64,000 bases of DNA from sequence record PZ452581.1. One strand, given 5' to 3'. Of this stretch, positions 50,159 to 60,160 are shown one piece after another (position 1 is the first letter of the stretch; every line of letters starts with the position of its first letter). A program made the translations under genes and the position numbers. The stretch is from a phage. The notes below the pieces were generated by a model, which did not search any database, was not told where the DNA came from, and saw nothing but the letters and a program-made list of their open reading frames with translations.

Positions 50159-51972
50159 TGGTGTTTAACCCTATGCATGATTTCTTTATTTTTGCCGAGA
50201 TTAAATCCACGTTCGTTCGGATTTCCCAAATAACCACAAGTTCTTCTTATTGTGTTCATCTTTTTAGGATCAGTTTCTCCACAAATAGAACAAACAAACC
50301 CGTTTTCAGTAGGAGTCATTTCATGGGTACTTCCACACGTAAAACATTTATCTACTGGCATGTTAACACCAAAATAATCTAAATGTTGTGCAGCATAATC
50401 CCATACAGCCTCAAGACCTTTTAGGTTATTTTTCATATCAGGAAGTTCAACATAAGAAATGTGACCGCCTGTCGCAATGAAATGATATGGGGCTTCGCGA
50501 GAAATCTTTTCAAACGGAGTAATATTTTCTTCTACTGAAACGTGGAAACTGTTAGTGTACCAGCCTTTATCAGTAACATCCTTTACACTTCCATATTTCT
50601 CAGTATCAAGTTTACAGAAGCGATAACAAAGGTTTTCAGCAGGTGTAGAATACAAGCTAAAAGCAAAACCAGTTCTTTCAGTCCACTGCTTAAGACGAGC
50701 ATTCATTTTAGTTAAAATTTCCTGTCCAATATCACGACCGACAAGAATATTCAATTCGTGAATACCAATGTATCCTAAGGACACTGAACTTCTACCGTTT
50801 TTAAATAACTCAATTATATCATCATCGGGTTTAAGACGAACCCCGAATGCACCTTCTTGGTAAAGAATAGGAGCAACAGTAGCTTTAACTCCTTTTAATG
50901 AACTAATTCTACACATCAATGCTTCAAAACACAAATCCATTCGTTCATTGAACAATTCGGCAAATTTCTGTTCATTGAACTGTGTTCCAATATAAGAATC
51001 TAATGCAATACGAGGAAGATTCAGTGTTACAACGCCAAGATTATTACGTCCATCAAGAATTTCATTACCAGTCGAATCTTTCCATACGCTCAAGAAACTG
51101 CGGCAACCCATTGGAGAAACAGGAATAGATGAACCTGTGATAGCTTTATTGTTCTTAGCTGAAATAATATCAGGATACATTCTTTTGCTTGCACACTCTA
51201 GAGCAAGCTGCTTAATATCATAGTTCGGATCGTCTTTATAAAGATTAACACCTTCTTCAACGAACATAACAAGCTTAGGGAAAATAGGAGTTATCCCATC
51301 GCGACCAAGGCCTTTAATACGATTTTTCAGAATTGCTTTCTGAATCATTCGTTCAGTCCAGTCAGTTCCCGTGCCAAATGTAATTGTTACAAAAGGCGTT
51401 TGTCCATTTGAACTAAAGAGAGTATTTACTTCATATTCATAAGCTTGGAACGCATCGTATACGTCTTTTTCTGTTTTAGATTGGGCATAATTCAACGCAT
51501 CAGCGATTTGCCATTTTTCTGCATCCTCAATATGTTTTGCATAGGTGCGTTTAACATAAGGAGAAAGGACTTTGTCTACATTTGCAAAAGTCGTTCCACC
51601 GTATTGATGGGAAGCAACCTGTGCAGTAATTTGTGCCATAATTGCAGTAGCAACACCGATTGATTTAGGAGTTTCAATCTGTGCATTACCGAGCTTAAAT
51701 CCGTTCTCAAGCATTCCTTTTAAATCTACTAAACAGCAATTAGTAAATGGAAGAGCAGGGGAATAATCAATATCATGGAAATGAATAATTCCGCTTTCAT
51801 GCGCTTTCATAATAAAAGACGGGACCATATTTTTGGCAATGTGTTTAGACACAATACCAGCCATAAGGTCCCGTTGAGTTGGAAAAACACGAGAATCTTT
51901 ATTAGCATTCTCGTTCAAAAGGTCTTTATTAGTTTTATGAATCAATCCTTCAATTTCTTTTTCAATTGTCAT
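50155..51972 (-). CDS. nrdD: Anaerobic ribonucleoside-triphosphate reductase NrdD, uninterrupted
   Basis: 605 aa; C-terminal zinc ribbon CFTCGS...CSICG and glycyl-radical region RTCGYLG; contiguous reading frame. Confidence 0.95.
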   Translation of the reverse strand: MTIEKEIEGLIHKTNKDLLNENANKDSRVFPTQRDLMAGIVSKHIAKNMVPSFIMKAHESGIIHFHDIDYSPALPFTNCCLVDLKGMLENGFKLGNAQIETPKSIGVATAIMAQITAQVASHQYGGTTFANVDKVLSPYVKRTYAKHIEDAEKWQIADALNYAQSKTEKDVYDAFQAYEYEVNTLFSSNGQTPFVTITFGTGTDWTERMIQKAILKNRIKGLGRDGITPIFPKLVMFVEEGVNLYKDDPNYDIKQLALECASKRMYPDIISAKNNKAITGSSIPVSPMGCRSFLSVWKDSTGNEILDGRNNLGVVTLNLPRIALDSYIGTQFNEQKFAELFNERMDLCFEALMCRISSLKGVKATVAPILYQEGAFGVRLKPDDDIIELFKNGRSSVSLGYIGIHELNILVGRDIGQEILTKMNARLKQWTERTGFAFSLYSTPAENLCYRFCKLDTEKYGSVKDVTDKGWYTNSFHVSVEENITPFEKISREAPYHFIATGGHISYVELPDMKNNLKGLEAVWDYAAQHLDYFGVNMPVDKCFTCGSTHEMTPTENGFVCSICGETDPKKMNTIRRTCGYLGNPNERGFNLGKNKEIMHRVKHQ

Positions 51973-52442
51973 TTTAAACTCTTTCTAAGCTGCTTCTTAA
52001 ATGAAGCTATTAATTGTGTTTTAGTGTCAGATTCATTATATTCAAATCCTCTTTGAAGCATCTCAGCCATCATTTCCTCTTTTCCTAAACGAGAAAATTC
52101 CTTTGATTTATCTCCAACGAAGTTAGGGTGAATATTATTTTGGGTGTAATCGGATTTTAAATAAGTAAGTAAATTTTCTAACCATTCAAGATAATCAACG
52201 CCTTGTCCCTTTAAGCCGGAACGATTAAATTTGTGCTTCATTTGACCTTCCGCTGCATTGCAGAGATTACAGAGCAATCCACGTACCTTTCCTGCTTTTG
52301 GTCCATTTAATTCATGATCATGGTCAAGGTGATTAGCTTGAACATCAGGATTTAGTTCTCGTTGGCAAATTAAGCATTTACCGTTTTGTGCATTATAAAA
52401 TTTCTGTTTTTCTTCTTTATATAATTTGCCAGTCAATAACAT
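51969..52442 (-). CDS. 49: Endonuclease VII gp49 (Holliday junction resolvase)
   Basis: 157 aa with zinc-binding cysteines and HLDHDHE His-Me finger motif. Confidence 0.93.
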   Translation of the reverse strand: MLLTGKLYKEEKQKFYNAQNGKCLICQRELNPDVQANHLDHDHELNGPKAGKVRGLLCNLCNAAEGQMKHKFNRSGLKGQGVDYLEWLENLLTYLKSDYTQNNIHPNFVGDKSKEFSRLGKEEMMAEMLQRGFEYNESDTKTQLIASFKKQLRKSLK

Positions 52443-52484
52443 AATAAAACCCTTACCTTAAATAGATAAGGGTATTTATTATTT

Positions 52485-52661
52485 TCAAGTATTGTAAAAC
52501 ATTCGATGCAATCGCTTATATTGTCGAATCATCTTTTTAGTAGGACGAGAATAAGTTCCTATACAAGTGGTCATATTAGGGTCAGTAGGACTTCCTTTAA
52601 TAAAAAGTTTCCAAACCTTACCACCATTTAACTTTTCAGTATAAATTAATTCGGTTTTCAT
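52485..52661 (-). CDS. Small basic protein (58 aa)
   Basis: Hand-translated ORF MKTELIYTEKLNGGKVWKLF...; TAATG overlap with the upstream 154-aa ORF. Confidence 0.4.
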   Translation of the reverse strand: MKTELIYTEKLNGGKVWKLFIKGSPTDPNMTTCIGTYSRPTKKMIRQYKRLHRMFYNT

Positions 52662-53125
52662 TAAAACGCTCGGTCAGAAAAAGAAATTTGAGTTTCAAGC
52701 CATTCAATATATTCTGCCGCGGCTTGCATTAAATTTCCTTCGTAATCATCAATATCTTTTTTCAACGCCGATTTAGATAATGCATATGAAATGCGTTCAC
52801 CCTGAAATCCAGCTTTAGGTTTATGAATAACTTGATCAATTCGTTCTACGACTTCTTCAATTTCGCCATTTTCTGCGGATTCAGTATTCCACAAGCACCA
52901 ATATGTAATTGGCTTATCATAGATGTTAATAATCTTTCCATCAGAAAGTTCAATTTCAATAATTCCAGTATCAGGTTCTATATCATCTTCGCATTCTTTT
53001 GCAAGTTCACGAACTTTAAAGACAGTACCTGCACTAAGTTCCGGCCAGTAATTACACAGCCCTTTATCAGCACGATTAATTCTAAACCACTTATCTACTG
53101 CAATCATACCCCATCTCCATATCAA
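52661..53125 (-). CDS. Hypothetical protein (possible Pin-position protein)
   Basis: 154-aa acidic ORF next to gene 49; name not assigned from sequence. Confidence 0.4.
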   Translation of the reverse strand: MIWRWGMIAVDKWFRINRADKGLCNYWPELSAGTVFKVRELAKECEDDIEPDTGIIEIELSDGKIINIYDKPITYWCLWNTESAENGEIEEVVERIDQVIHKPKAGFQGERISYALSKSALKKDIDDYEGNLMQAAAEYIEWLETQISFSDRAF

Positions 53126-53230
53126 TTAAGTCATTTATCGTCGGTTCATTATATACTGTTTCTTCATCAGTGTAAACCGGTTCTTCCGGCTCTGGCTCTA
53201 CTGTTTCCCATCTAGCCGCCCACCAAGGTT

Positions 53231-53551
53231 TTATAGCGTAATCCATTCTCGTACTGTCTGAGTTACTACACGTTCACGGGGCTCGACTAGTTCAACAGTC
53301 GGAACTGCATAATACCAGTCAGAATGGTAAGAACCTGAGCGAGATTCATTTACAGACACATGAACGTTATGTTTTGGACTAAAATAAACACACTGACGAT
53401 ATTGGCATTTACCATCTTGCACCCAGTCTTCTATTTCGATAGGTTTAAGATAATCCGAAAAATCGAAATCATAATTTTCTGAAAATGCATCATGGTCTTC
53501 GATGATTTCGCTCAGAACTGCATCAACATCTAATTTATTTTCAATATTCAT
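53231..53551 (-). CDS. Hypothetical protein
   Basis: 106-aa acidic ORF. Confidence 0.5.
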   Translation of the reverse strand: MNIENKLDVDAVLSEIIEDHDAFSENYDFDFSDYLKPIEIEDWVQDGKCQYRQCVYFSPKHNVHVSVNESRSGSYHSDWYYAVPTVELVEPRERVVTQTVREWITL

Positions 53552-53561
53552 TTTTCACCAA

Positions 53562-53771
53562 TTAATTTCGCAATTTATTAAGTTCTTCATAATCAATCCA
53601 GGATTCTAGTCCTGATGGCAAATCAGATTCAATTTCCCAAAGAAGCTCTTCAATTTTCTGAAGACGATCTAATTCTTCGGCTGGAATAGTAACCATTGAC
53701 GGAGTTCTTGATACACTAATATCGTAAATCATATTTACCCCAGTTTGACCATGCAATCGCCATATTTCCAT
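53562..53771 (-). CDS. Hypothetical protein
   Basis: 69-aa ORF. Confidence 0.45.
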   Translation of the reverse strand: MEIWRLHGQTGVNMIYDISVSRTPSMVTIPAEELDRLQKIEELLWEIESDLPSGLESWIDYEELNKLRN

Positions 53772-53950
53772 TTAGAAATAGACTTTTCACCGTTAGAATA
53801 ATAAACTTCGAGTTTAGCACGATTATTTTTAATTTGAATAACCTTTGCTGTCATCAAAGTTCCATACCCGTAATAAACTGCAACCTCATCACCTACATAT
53901 ACCGCGCTTCCGCGGTAGTCATGGATATAATCAGTTCCTTCGAGCATCAT
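53735..53950 (-). CDS. Hypothetical protein
   Basis: 71-aa ORF. Confidence 0.45.
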   Translation of the reverse strand: MMLEGTDYIHDYRGSAVYVGDEVAVYYGYGTLMTAKVIQIKNNRAKLEVYYSNGEKSISKWKYGDCMVKLG

Positions 53951-54210
53951 TTAAAGTATTCCCGCAATTGGTCAAATCCACCAATATGACTTCCATCAGG
54001 AGCAAATACTTGAGGCATCGTCAGTCCAATTTGAGTATCACGACCTAGTTTCGTCAGAAGCTCAGCGATTTTCTCATCATCAAAAACACCTTTTTCCGGC
54101 ATAATGTTGATAAATTCAAATGGCTGTTTCTTCACGGTCAAAAGACGTTTTGCATTATCACAATACACACATTTATGGATGTTGCTATCATAACCATATA
54201 CTTTAAACAT
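53947..54210 (-). CDS. nrdC: Glutaredoxin/thioredoxin NrdC
   Basis: 87 aa, MFKVYGYDSNIHKCVYCDNAKRLL with CVYC active site; matches T4 NrdC. Confidence 0.92.
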   Translation of the reverse strand: MFKVYGYDSNIHKCVYCDNAKRLLTVKKQPFEFINIMPEKGVFDDEKIAELLTKLGRDTQIGLTMPQVFAPDGSHIGGFDQLREYFK

Positions 54211-54211
54211 A

Positions 54212-54454
54212 TTATTCCTTAATTCCTAGTACTTGTTTAAAAGTCTCGTCGTAATCAAGACTTTGGCCCGTTTGTTCTTTATGTTTGTATATAATATCAC
54301 TTACTTCTGATAGCATATTTTTATATGAACGAGTTAAAGCAGATTTAAGCACGCTGTATCTATCAGGAAATTTACCATGTTCATTATAATAAGCTATTGC
54401 TAATTCACGGACTGCCTTTTCAGCAGTCTCCATATATTCTTTACGCTTGGTCAT
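54212..54454 (-). CDS. Hypothetical protein (about 80 aa)
   Basis: Track ORF 54212-54613 trimmed to internal Met [15 protein letters not shown]. Confidence 0.4.
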
Positions 54455-54737
54455 TTTCTTCTCGGTCAAATCGGTGTTTACAATGGCGGCATTTATAACG
54501 AAGATTATTAGTCTGCCAATGGACCAATTGCACCTGTTCAGTTCCACATTCAGGGCAATTAGGAACGTTTTTAGAAGCCCTTTCGCGACGTTTAACCATA
54601 GCCATAATGGCATCCCATGCTGGAGGTTTAAAATCTAAATCGTCAGTAACTAGCAGTCCTTTATCAAACCCAACGCATGGAGTCCATTCAGGAAAATCTG
54701 AAGCTTCGGCAATATCTTCTAATAAACGCTTTTTCAT
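54441..54737 (-). CDS. Zinc-finger protein (CPECG...CRHC)
   Basis: 98 aa with two Cys pairs near the C-terminus. Confidence 0.5.
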
Positions 54738-55660
54738 TTCAGTACCTCAATAGCATTACGTAAACCATTTGCTTTGGCGGTTAAAGCCTTAAGAACTTTA
54801 GTATGCTCTTCAATCTGTTTTTCAACTTCAATCAAACGGGCACTGAGATATTCGCGTTCTTCTTTCATAGTATCATTCCCATGATTGGGCTTTGGCGTAG
54901 GTTTAAATTTATTAGGGTCCTTTAACTTAATAACAACTTTAGTTTCAAACAGTGAAAGACCATAATTCGTATTATCATCAAAGGATTCAACTACGTCCAT
55001 TTTAGACAATAACGTACGAAGATTATAAGTCAAAGAACGAATCGTTTTATTATGTTTATTAGCTTCACATGGTTTCATATATGGAAGATTTTTATATATT
55101 TCATGCGGAGCACAAACAATAATTGACAATTCAAATGGTCCATTCTGTGATGATGGAATGAATTTAGCCGTAACCCAATCTTTTACATTTACATTAATAG
55201 TACGATCATCGCCATGACAAAACAGTCTACGAGAATGCTTAAAAAGCATATTCACATTATTATTGAATTCGTGTGAAAATTCACTAGCAAATTTTTCTTT
55301 ACTATCTTTAGAAAACCATTCTTCTAAATAAGTTCTTTTCACGTCGTTAATAATATTAAATGTAACAACACTAGCATTTGATACATTAGTCTCAATGTAG
55401 CTTGGATACATAAATTTTTTAACATTATTAACAGCTATCACAGAAGATAGTAATCGGGAACGTTTGAACCACTCGAGCAAAGAACCAAGAGAATGTGAAT
55501 ACGCATTTTGTGTATCTTTACAAATATGGTTTTCCCATCCAATATAGTCTAAAAAATCACGAAGAATATTATTGATTACTGCTTTGTGTCCTATCTGATA
55601 ATTACGATGTTTAGTAATAAGACTATCAAAATAATCAATATAATGTTTACGAGTTTTCAT
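54734..55660 (-). CDS. Paralogue family member A (coiled-coil C-terminus)
   Basis: 308 aa; shares FK.SRLLS and LFK..R.L..GDD motifs with the next three ORFs. Confidence 0.6.
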   Translation of the reverse strand: MKTRKHYIDYFDSLITKHRNYQIGHKAVINNILRDFLDYIGWENHICKDTQNAYSHSLGSLLEWFKRSRLLSSVIAVNNVKKFMYPSYIETNVSNASVVTFNIINDVKRTYLEEWFSKDSKEKFASEFSHEFNNNVNMLFKHSRRLFCHGDDRTINVNVKDWVTAKFIPSSQNGPFELSIIVCAPHEIYKNLPYMKPCEANKHNKTIRSLTYNLRTLLSKMDVVESFDDNTNYGLSLFETKVVIKLKDPNKFKPTPKPNHGNDTMKEEREYLSARLIEVEKQIEEHTKVLKALTAKANGLRNAIEVLK

Positions 55661-55714
55661 GTTCTTCTCACTTGGTTAATGATTTATACTCCGAGCCATC
55701 CTTGGCTTTAAATT

Positions 55715-56716
55715 TTACTTAATTAACTGCAAAGCTTGTTCTAGACGATCAAGACGATTAACAGATTCTTCCCAAATCTTTTTAGCCTGCTCATATTCTT
55801 TCTGCGCTTTATTAGAAATTTCTAGAACTTCTTTATAAGCTTTTTCTAGTGCAATAACTTCTGGACGAATTTCTACCGGTTCAGGTGAATCATCAAGACA
55901 TTCCATTAGTTCCTCAAGGGTAGTTTCTTCTTTAGGAGTATTCACAATTTCATCACATTTTTGTTGGTAAATTTCTTTATCAGTCGGTGAGTACGCGCAC
56001 TTTACTTCACGAAGGCTAATTACGAGTTTATATCCTTCCCAACCGCATATATTTTTAAAAGGATATGTATGAATATTTTCTACTGTTTCCATACAAAGTA
56101 ATGCGGTCTCTAATTGACGAGTTATAGTGCTAGCAATTGAGAAAAATTTATTAATGTTCTTTTGGTTAGTTTCTGGTGTAAAAAATCCATAATTTACAAA
56201 AATAGCTACTTTATTTTTATCAAGTTCATATTCTTTTATGATAATCATATCAGAAGCCAAAGGATGAATTTGACGATAATCGCCATAACATAATTTAGAA
56301 GCTGATTTTAAAATTTGCTTCTTGAAAAGTCTGAAATTACTGATCCAACGACGAGTAAAAATATTCTCAGAGTCTTCTTTGACATTAAGATGATAAGAAT
56401 TAACATCACCGAACCAATTATATCCTACTACATCTTTGGTTCGTTTAATTTCTTTCCCAAAATTACCAAGAATATCCCGATTGACCAAATATGAAAGAAG
56501 ACGAGACTCTTTAAAGGTTTTCTTGATAACATCTTTATCTACACGGCTAGAAATTTTACGAATTTCATGAATAAATTTAGTAGAAGAAACAATACTTGCA
56601 TCAACACTATTGAGCCATTGATTGATAATAGAAAGAACGATATTTTGACCAAACATCGGTATAGCTTTATCATCAATAACGCTATTGAATGATTTGATAT
56701 ATTCGTTACGAGTCAT
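55715..56716 (-). CDS. Paralogue family member B
   Basis: Track ORF trimmed to Met MTRNEYIKSF with GAGGAG SD; about 333 aa; C-terminal coiled coil. Confidence 0.55.
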   Translation of the reverse strand: MTRNEYIKSFNSVIDDKAIPMFGQNIVLSIINQWLNSVDASIVSSTKFIHEIRKISSRVDKDVIKKTFKESRLLSYLVNRDILGNFGKEIKRTKDVVGYNWFGDVNSYHLNVKEDSENIFTRRWISNFRLFKKQILKSASKLCYGDYRQIHPLASDMIIIKEYELDKNKVAIFVNYGFFTPETNQKNINKFFSIASTITRQLETALLCMETVENIHTYPFKNICGWEGYKLVISLREVKCAYSPTDKEIYQQKCDEIVNTPKEETTLEELMECLDDSPEPVEIRPEVIALEKAYKEVLEISNKAQKEYEQAKKIWEESVNRLDRLEQALQLIK

Positions 56717-56744
56717 ATTAATCTCCTCAGTAGAAAGTAAGAAC

Positions 56745-56776
56745 ATTATACCACATCCTTGTGACGAAGTAAACTA
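56745..56776 (-). promoter_or_regulatory. T4-early-type promoter between family members C and B
   Basis: Minus-strand GTTTAC, 17-nt spacer, TGGTATAAT. Confidence 0.6.
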
Positions 56777-57799
56777 GTTTAGTGCATTTAGTGCATTGTT
56801 CAGTTTAGAACGCTGCTTTGTCAGATTTTGAACCCTTGACTGAGCTTGTTCTAACACCTTTTCAGCTTCTAGCACTTCATTGGTCGCTTTAACGAGTTCA
56901 TCATCTACTGCCTTAAGAGACTTCTCAATCGCGTCAGCGTGCCATTTTTCAACAGGTTTAAGACTCGGATTTTCAATAGGAAGAAAATTCACTTTATTGA
57001 ATTTCCATGCATCCTTATTACCTGAACTATACATCCAAAATTTAGGATCGTTTGATAAGTAATTGGATAAATTTAAATTTAAGTTATCTTGTACTTCTTG
57101 CTTTTTCTCTTGTGTAACTTCGTCCTTTCTCAAAAAATCATATTTAAATGAAACGATCATATCAAGTTCATATGATGTTGTATCTAACTTAAATCGTTCA
57201 AAACGAGGTAAAATCTTAGATTGAACAGCAGCAACAACATCCATATACTTAAATGCTTCTGTCAACTGTGATTTAAGGCATTCACAAATTGAAAGAGAAT
57301 TTTTAGTATTAGGCTTAAAGCTAATTCGTGCAGTTCTATTATTTTCTTTAGATGGTCTTACTTCCATTTGAAGAGTATAACCATCAAATTTCAGATTCTT
57401 TAAGTTAATATCAGAACCTTTTAATCGACTAGCAGTAGACAAAATTTGCTTTAATTGTTTACGGAATAGAGCAATAAATCTCCATTCAAGACGATAATGA
57501 TTTGGATTAAAAAATCCTGTTGATAAATCGACCTTACTCTGACCAACGCCTTGAACAAATAGAGGATTTTTATAATCAATAGTTTTACAGAAATCGGTGA
57601 GCTGCTCACGAGCAGTCATTTGAGTAATATACCCCGCTTTACTAAAATGACGTAACCATTCACTGCTATTCATATACTTAAAGTGAATATCACGATTAAC
57701 TTTATCAGGGTCTAAATTATTTTGGCACAAAAATGTCATAACATCACGAGTATAGCTGGCATTACGAACCATATCTTCAATTTGAGAACGAGTTTTCAT
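56774..57799 (-). CDS. Paralogue family member C
   Basis: 341 aa; motif ALFRKQLKQILSTASRLKGSD; C-terminal coiled coil. Confidence 0.6.
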   Translation of the reverse strand: MKTRSQIEDMVRNASYTRDVMTFLCQNNLDPDKVNRDIHFKYMNSSEWLRHFSKAGYITQMTAREQLTDFCKTIDYKNPLFVQGVGQSKVDLSTGFFNPNHYRLEWRFIALFRKQLKQILSTASRLKGSDINLKNLKFDGYTLQMEVRPSKENNRTARISFKPNTKNSLSICECLKSQLTEAFKYMDVVAAVQSKILPRFERFKLDTTSYELDMIVSFKYDFLRKDEVTQEKKQEVQDNLNLNLSNYLSNDPKFWMYSSGNKDAWKFNKVNFLPIENPSLKPVEKWHADAIEKSLKAVDDELVKATNEVLEAEKVLEQAQSRVQNLTKQRSKLNNALNALN

Positions 57800-57807
57800 G
57801 GTGTTCC

Positions 57808-58698
57808 TTAAGATTTAAGTAAATCAACAATTTTAATTAATTTTTCACGTTCAGATTTAGCTTTACTACTCAATCCAGATAGTCTGAAAATTTCATCGTC
57901 ATATTGTTGAATAGAAATATTCAGCTCTTCAATTTGCTTATTAAAATAATCAATTTGTTCAGAATGTTTTTCGTTACTACGAACTGGTGCAGGTTTTATA
58001 GGCAATTTAGTTGAACTGGATTCATCCGGGCGATAAATTAAAATACAACTTGAACCAATCGGACATTTAGCACCAGACACATATTCTAATGTTCCAGCTT
58101 CTTTTAAAATTTCAAAAGCTAAACAGAGATGATGACCCATATTGGCATAATCTGTAGAGTGAGCTCTGACGTAATAATCATCTCCACGAGTGCTAAATTT
58201 AAAGCATTTAAGGTCTTCTGTATTATTAGTTTTAAAAATCATTTGTTTATCTAGACCTTTAGCCAATCGAGCGCCTAATGCTAATAATCGTCGTTGATTT
58301 TCCCACAAATCTGCGATCATTTGGTCAAATGATAATTTCGGCATTAGTCGACCATAAAGGTCATATCCTTTATTATAATTGCGAAGGATTTCACTCGCAT
58401 TAATACGAGACAACGCTCCAATTTTATTAAGGGCTTTCATGATGCGATTAGATAAACTCATTCCAGATCCGTTTGTTCGCTGTAAATGTTTTTCTAATCC
58501 AAATCCAATATCAACTTTAAATTTATCTAAAATTTCAGCATGAACATCTCTGTCAATAACATTCAAATCCAAAGTTGGGTTAAATCTATGAAAAAATTTA
58601 TCTGGCTCTCCACGACGAAGTACAGTCCATTCATTCATCATTTTTTTATTAACTAAAGATTTAATTACTGCATTGACATTATTAATTACTACTGACAT
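57808..58698 (-). CDS. Paralogue family member D
   Basis: Track ORF trimmed to Met MSVVINNVNAV with GAGG SD; about 296 aa; C-terminal coiled coil. Confidence 0.55.
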   Translation of the reverse strand: MSVVINNVNAVIKSLVNKKMMNEWTVLRRGEPDKFFHRFNPTLDLNVIDRDVHAEILDKFKVDIGFGLEKHLQRTNGSGMSLSNRIMKALNKIGALSRINASEILRNYNKGYDLYGRLMPKLSFDQMIADLWENQRRLLALGARLAKGLDKQMIFKTNNTEDLKCFKFSTRGDDYYVRAHSTDYANMGHHLCLAFEILKEAGTLEYVSGAKCPIGSSCILIYRPDESSSTKLPIKPAPVRSNEKHSEQIDYFNKQIEELNISIQQYDDEIFRLSGLSSKAKSEREKLIKIVDLLKS

Positions 58699-58705
58699 AT
58701 TTTCC

Positions 58706-59113
58706 TCACTCAATTTCAATTTTACTAAATATACAGAATAAGATGGAACAGACTATATAAGCACCACACACAGATTGAACTAATACCATTCCAAAGAACC
58801 AAACAATATTATCAAACCATGTCTGTTTTACGTCGAAAGGACGTAAACTTACAGTAATATTATCACCTTTTTCTATTGAAGAATACATCTCTGGGGAAAT
58901 ATATTCACTAAATCTATAACCGTCTTTGAGTTCATATACAGCAATAAACGATAAACTAGACCCTTTTCCTTGTGTTCCTGTAATGGTATTAACTACAGTA
59001 ACATCATAATCTTTATAATGCATATAATCATTAATTGCGTAATAACCATATGCAACTACTACGCATAAACAACATATCAATAAATTCAATCTTTTAATTA
59101 TCAACCGTTTCAT
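58706..59113 (-). CDS. Membrane protein
   Basis: 135 aa with N- and C-terminal TM segments. Confidence 0.5.
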   Translation of the reverse strand: MKRLIIKRLNLLICCLCVVVAYGYYAINDYMHYKDYDVTVVNTITGTQGKGSSLSFIAVYELKDGYRFSEYISPEMYSSIEKGDNITVSLRPFDVKQTWFDNIVWFFGMVLVQSVCGAYIVCSILFCIFSKIEIE

Positions 59114-59168
59114 AATAATCTCAATTAAAAGGGCTTAGAACCATTATACCATCCTTGGTATAAAGCGG

Positions 59169-59696
59169 TTATGCGAGTACCGTCTTTAACCGTTCTTCAA
59201 ACTTCCGAAGAGTATTCTGGCGTTCAGCTCTTTGCTTTTTATAAGTTTCAATACGCTCTGAAATGAGAGTGTATCGTTCATTTACTGATTCTTTCATAAA
59301 ATCAGGAATTTCACGAGAAGCTTTAATCTCGTCAAATTTATCAATAACAGCTTGCTCTTCAGCAATTAAGTTATCATACATCAAAATATCTTTCTTGATG
59401 AACTCAATATCTTCTTGAGTTACACGAGATAATTTAGATGCTTTATCCTTTTTGTACTGTTCATTAGTATCACGAGACCAGTGTAATGTACGATTTTTAT
59501 TCGTATTTTTGTAAATTTCTACAATACCAATCTCATCGATAATAACGATCCAATTCCAACGAGATTTGTAAATTTGTCCTCCGTCAACCGTGATTTCACC
59601 TCCGATTGAGATGTCATTAAAGAACTTGCTTTGTGCTTCAGATTTAAATTTACCATCATTGTAGTTTACCAAGTTGAAAATATCTTTAGCATTCAT
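59169..59696 (-). CDS. Hypothetical protein (about 175 aa)
   Basis: Track ORF 59169-59756 trimmed to Met MNAKDIFNLV preceded by GGAGG SD. Confidence 0.5.
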   Translation of the reverse strand: MNAKDIFNLVNYNDGKFKSEAQSKFFNDISIGGEITVDGGQIYKSRWNWIVIIDEIGIVEIYKNTNKNRTLHWSRDTNEQYKKDKASKLSRVTQEDIEFIKKDILMYDNLIAEEQAVIDKFDEIKASREIPDFMKESVNERYTLISERIETYKKQRAERQNTLRKFEERLKTVLA

Positions 59697-59719
59697 TTTC
59701 TGTTCCTCCGTAGTTGATA

Positions 59720-59756
59720 GTTGTATAGTACCACAGAGGAACGGTCTTGTAAACAA
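59720..59756 (-). promoter_or_regulatory. T4-early-type promoter
   Basis: Minus-strand GTTTACAAGACCGTTCCTCTGTGGTACTATA plus conserved leader. Confidence 0.55.
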
Positions 59757-60071
59757 CTAAAAGAAACTTCTTTCACAATTTTTTCCACTGAACCAAGCGC
59801 TCACTGCTTTCTTAGTCTCAGGAGCAGTGTTATCCATAAACCATTCAAAAGCAGCCTTTTTATGATTCTGGAGGGCTTCTCGGGCTTTAATCTGCTCACG
59901 GTCTATTAACACTAACATATGAGCCTTTCTTGTCACCAAGGGCTTCTTATGATTTTTTGAATACTCCCAATCATTTGTCCATCGCATCGTTGTTGCGAAC
60001 TGAAATACTGCTTCTTTAATTTTAGTTTCGTAAATTTCACGAGCCTTTGAGTATAACATCATTACCTCCAT
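59757..60071 (-). CDS. Hypothetical protein
   Basis: 104-aa ORF. Confidence 0.45.
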   Translation of the reverse strand: MEVMMLYSKAREIYETKIKEAVFQFATTMRWTNDWEYSKNHKKPLVTRKAHMLVLIDREQIKAREALQNHKKAAFEWFMDNTAPETKKAVSAWFSGKNCERSFF

Positions 60072-60160
60072 TTACCAGTTTAATTCTAGTCATCTTTTTG
60101 ATGGCAGTCCATATAATCTATTTCTGAACTGCCTTTTTATCTTAGAAGGCCTCTTATGAA

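Noticed and set aside
52661-53125. Naming the 154-aa ORF next to gene 49 as Pin
   Set aside because: Only positional suspicion; I could not recall Pin sequence well enough to match it, so it is left hypothetical.
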